Shown here one piece after another: positions 62,051 to 64,000 of a DNA stretch of 64,000 nucleotides; within the stretch, counting starts at the first letter, position 1; the number at the start of each line of letters is the position of its first letter. The position numbers and the translations under genes were made by a program. The notes under the pieces are model-generated. The model was not told the DNA's origin, ran no database searches, and was given only the letters and a program-made list of their open reading frames with translations. Source of the stretch: Halarcobacter sp. (GTDB taxonomy: Bacteria; Campylobacterota; Campylobacteria; Campylobacterales; Arcobacteraceae); the NCBI GenBank assembly GCA_963676565.1, contig OY781089.1, positions 1,056,001-1,120,000 of the forward strand, written 5' to 3'.

Positions 62051-62407
62051 CTATTTCTTATAAACATATGCATCATAGGTACTTAAAAAATAGTAACCAT
62101 CTTTTGTAATATTGAATTCTATTTTAAGATTACAAACACCATCATATTTATTTTTTTTAATAAACTTTTGTATTGTTGAGATATTTCTTAAATGAAACTC
62201 TTTAAAAGCTTCAGTCAAGGTAACATATTTATTTTTACCATTAACTTTTTTTATTTTTAATATAGTTGTAGTACTTGCACTTGTATCAACAATAGTCATT
62301 CTATTGTAATCAGGTTGTGAAGTTCTAATCCATATATCAGAAGTTTTTTGTGCATTTAAATTGGTTGATACGATAAGTATAAATAAAAATAGTAAAAGTT
62401 TTTTCAA
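62051..62407 (-). CDS. Hypothetical exported protein
   Basis: TTG start after SD gagg; signal peptide ending LNA. Confidence 0.7.
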   Translation of the reverse strand: MKKLLLFLFILIVSTNLNAQKTSDIWIRTSQPDYNRMTIVDTSASTTTILKIKKVNGKNKYVTLTEAFKEFHLRNISTIQKFIKKNKYDGVCNLKIEFNITKDGYYFLSTYDAYVYKK

Positions 62408-62452
62408 AGTAAAGCCTCTTGTTAAAATTGTAAAATTGTATCAAATTAGATA

Positions 62453-63100
62453 TTAAAGTTGTTTCTTTAATAGCTTGAATAATTTTTCTCTTTTTAAAAT
62501 GTTTTCAATCTCTTTTTTTGCCTCATTAAAATTAGCTATTTTTTGAGGTTTTGTTGCTTCAACAAGAACTACTTGCCAGCCAAAATTATTTTTAACAACA
62601 AATAAATCTCCAGGTCTTTTAGACGCAAGGTTAATATTAAATAGTCTTTGGAATTGGATACTTGTAAGCCATCCATTATCACCACCATTTTTCTTATTTC
62701 CATCTTTTGAGTAAGTGTTTACTGCATATAAAAAAGATGATAGTCTCTCTTTCATAGGTGTGGCACTTAACCTTTTGAATAAATCAGTTGCGGCAAGTTT
62801 ATTATCAACTAGAATATTTCTTAATCTAATTTGAGGTAAAACTTTTATCTTACCTTTATTTTTATTATACCAGTTCTTGATCTCTTTTTCAGAGATTTTA
62901 ATTTCTTTAAGTATTTCATTTTGCCAATACTGAAAGGCTAGATTTTTGATATTTGGTTCAATAATTTTTTTAAAGTTATTATCATTTTTGTATTTAGAAT
63001 AAGCTTTTTGTTCTAACTTTTCAATTTGCTTATCAGAAAAAGTGGGGTTAGCATTTAATAAGTTAAAAAGAACTAGAGTTATTACTAATAATATTTTCAA
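62453..63100 (-). CDS. PpiC/parvulin-type periplasmic foldase (divergent)
   Basis: Signal peptide; ISEKEIKNWY, RNILV, GGDNGW, FGWQVV and FNEAKKEI. Confidence 0.82.
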   Translation of the reverse strand: MKILLVITLVLFNLLNANPTFSDKQIEKLEQKAYSKYKNDNNFKKIIEPNIKNLAFQYWQNEILKEIKISEKEIKNWYNKNKGKIKVLPQIRLRNILVDNKLAATDLFKRLSATPMKERLSSFLYAVNTYSKDGNKKNGGDNGWLTSIQFQRLFNINLASKRPGDLFVVKNNFGWQVVLVEATKPQKIANFNEAKKEIENILKREKLFKLLKKQL

Positions 63101-63123
63101 AATGAATTTTCTAAATTATCTTA

Positions 63124-63999
63124 TTACCATGAATAAGATAATCCAGCTCCAATAGTATGTCTTTGATCTCCTGATTTTGCAGCACTAGTTTGAAAAATAA
63201 GATTATCATTTATTCTATATTTAGCACCTAATGCAAAACCATTATATCCATCGTAGTTACCAAAACCTAAGCCTAATGAAAATTTCTTATCAGGTTCAAT
63301 TTGTGGAATATTTGCAATTGCAGTAACACTTGCTATTGCTCCACCTAATTGTCTTAAGTTAACTGCATCAAAATCACTTGTACCATCTGCTACACCATGA
63401 ACTTGAACAGGTTTTCCTGTAGATGCATCACTAAAAGTTGCCCCATTATCATTTAGAGTTAAACTACTTGAAGTAGTACCCCCTGAAATCGTTGTTTGAT
63501 CACTTGTTACAACAATACCATGGGTATTTCCTAAGTCATTTGTTAATGTTAAAGATGCAGAAGCTTCTGTTGACCCACTATTATATAATGCGCCATTTTC
63601 ATCTACATAAGCTCCACCAGTATATGAAATATCCATAGAACCAGATACATTAGAAGAACCGCTACTTACTGTTGTAGTTGCTGCTGTATCTGAAGTATAT
63701 GTTAGTGTACCATTAACATACATATTACCATCAACTAATGTGTCCCCTACAATGATATTATTAACGGTATTACCTGAAACTAAGCCTTGACTTGTTGCGT
63801 CACCATTTATAAGAATATAGTCTGTTCCTGCTGTTTGAGGAGAGCTATACGCAGTAAACCCACTTGTAGTACTAGAAGAGATTGATGCCCTTCCATCTTG
63901 AATAACAATAGAACTATTCCCACCATATATTAGTGTACTACTTGAAGTATTTGTGTTACCAATTGTTGTTGTAGTTGCATTAGCTGTAGTACCAATGTC
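63124..63999 (-). CDS. Trimeric autotransporter (YadA-like) adhesin, C-terminal part (start outside window)
   Basis: Frame open to the window edge; Ser/Thr/Gly-rich passenger, neck motif GVADG..DAVNLRQL, anchor ending GAGLSYSW. Confidence 0.88.
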   Translation of the reverse strand, partial: DIGTTANATTTTIGNTNTSSSTLIYGGNSSIVIQDGRASISSSTTSGFTAYSSPQTAGTDYILINGDATSQGLVSGNTVNNIIVGDTLVDGNMYVNGTLTYTSDTAATTTVSSGSSNVSGSMDISYTGGAYVDENGALYNSGSTEASASLTLTNDLGNTHGIVVTSDQTTISGGTTSSSLTLNDNGATFSDASTGKPVQVHGVADGTSDFDAVNLRQLGGAIASVTAIANIPQIEPDKKFSLGLGFGNYDGYNGFALGAKYRINDNLIFQTSAAKSGDQRHTIGAGLSYSW

Positions 64000-64000
64000 T

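Overview
This AT-rich window is mostly core chromosome from a Campylobacterota bacterium, most likely Arcobacteraceae. That call rests on gene order (lpxC-tsaB-thrB-ylxR-infB-rbfA-rimP; pheST-aroA-ispH-rpsA-serA), a MOMP-type porin, a di-haem PetC and TATAAT-type promoters without clear -35 boxes. It encodes translation, fatty-acid, NAD, queuosine, amino-acid, bc1-complex, zinc-uptake and copper-chaperone functions, two diguanylate cyclases (one frameshifted at an A8 tract), separated AddA and AddB, and the 3' end of a trimeric autotransporter adhesin. I saw no tRNA, rRNA, CRISPR array, transposase or integrase. The best candidate for an undescribed system is upstream of metE. A 109-codon leader ORF with its own promoter and SD is Cys-rich and ends RRTGVHPPH. 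Its last codon, stop and the following 11 nt pair with the metE SD and AUG in an 18-bp hairpin, suggesting ribosome-mediated (arrest-peptide or coupling) control of methionine synthase. Other observations: a probable AUA start for tsaB in frame with lpxC, a ~120-nt structured intergenic element, paired Zur-like boxes at znuCB-ribA-dksA, an FNR-like box near -41.5 of petABC, and a spore-photoproduct-lyase-like radical SAM gene coupled to a nucleosidase-like gene. All calls were made by eye, with no searches or folding runs.
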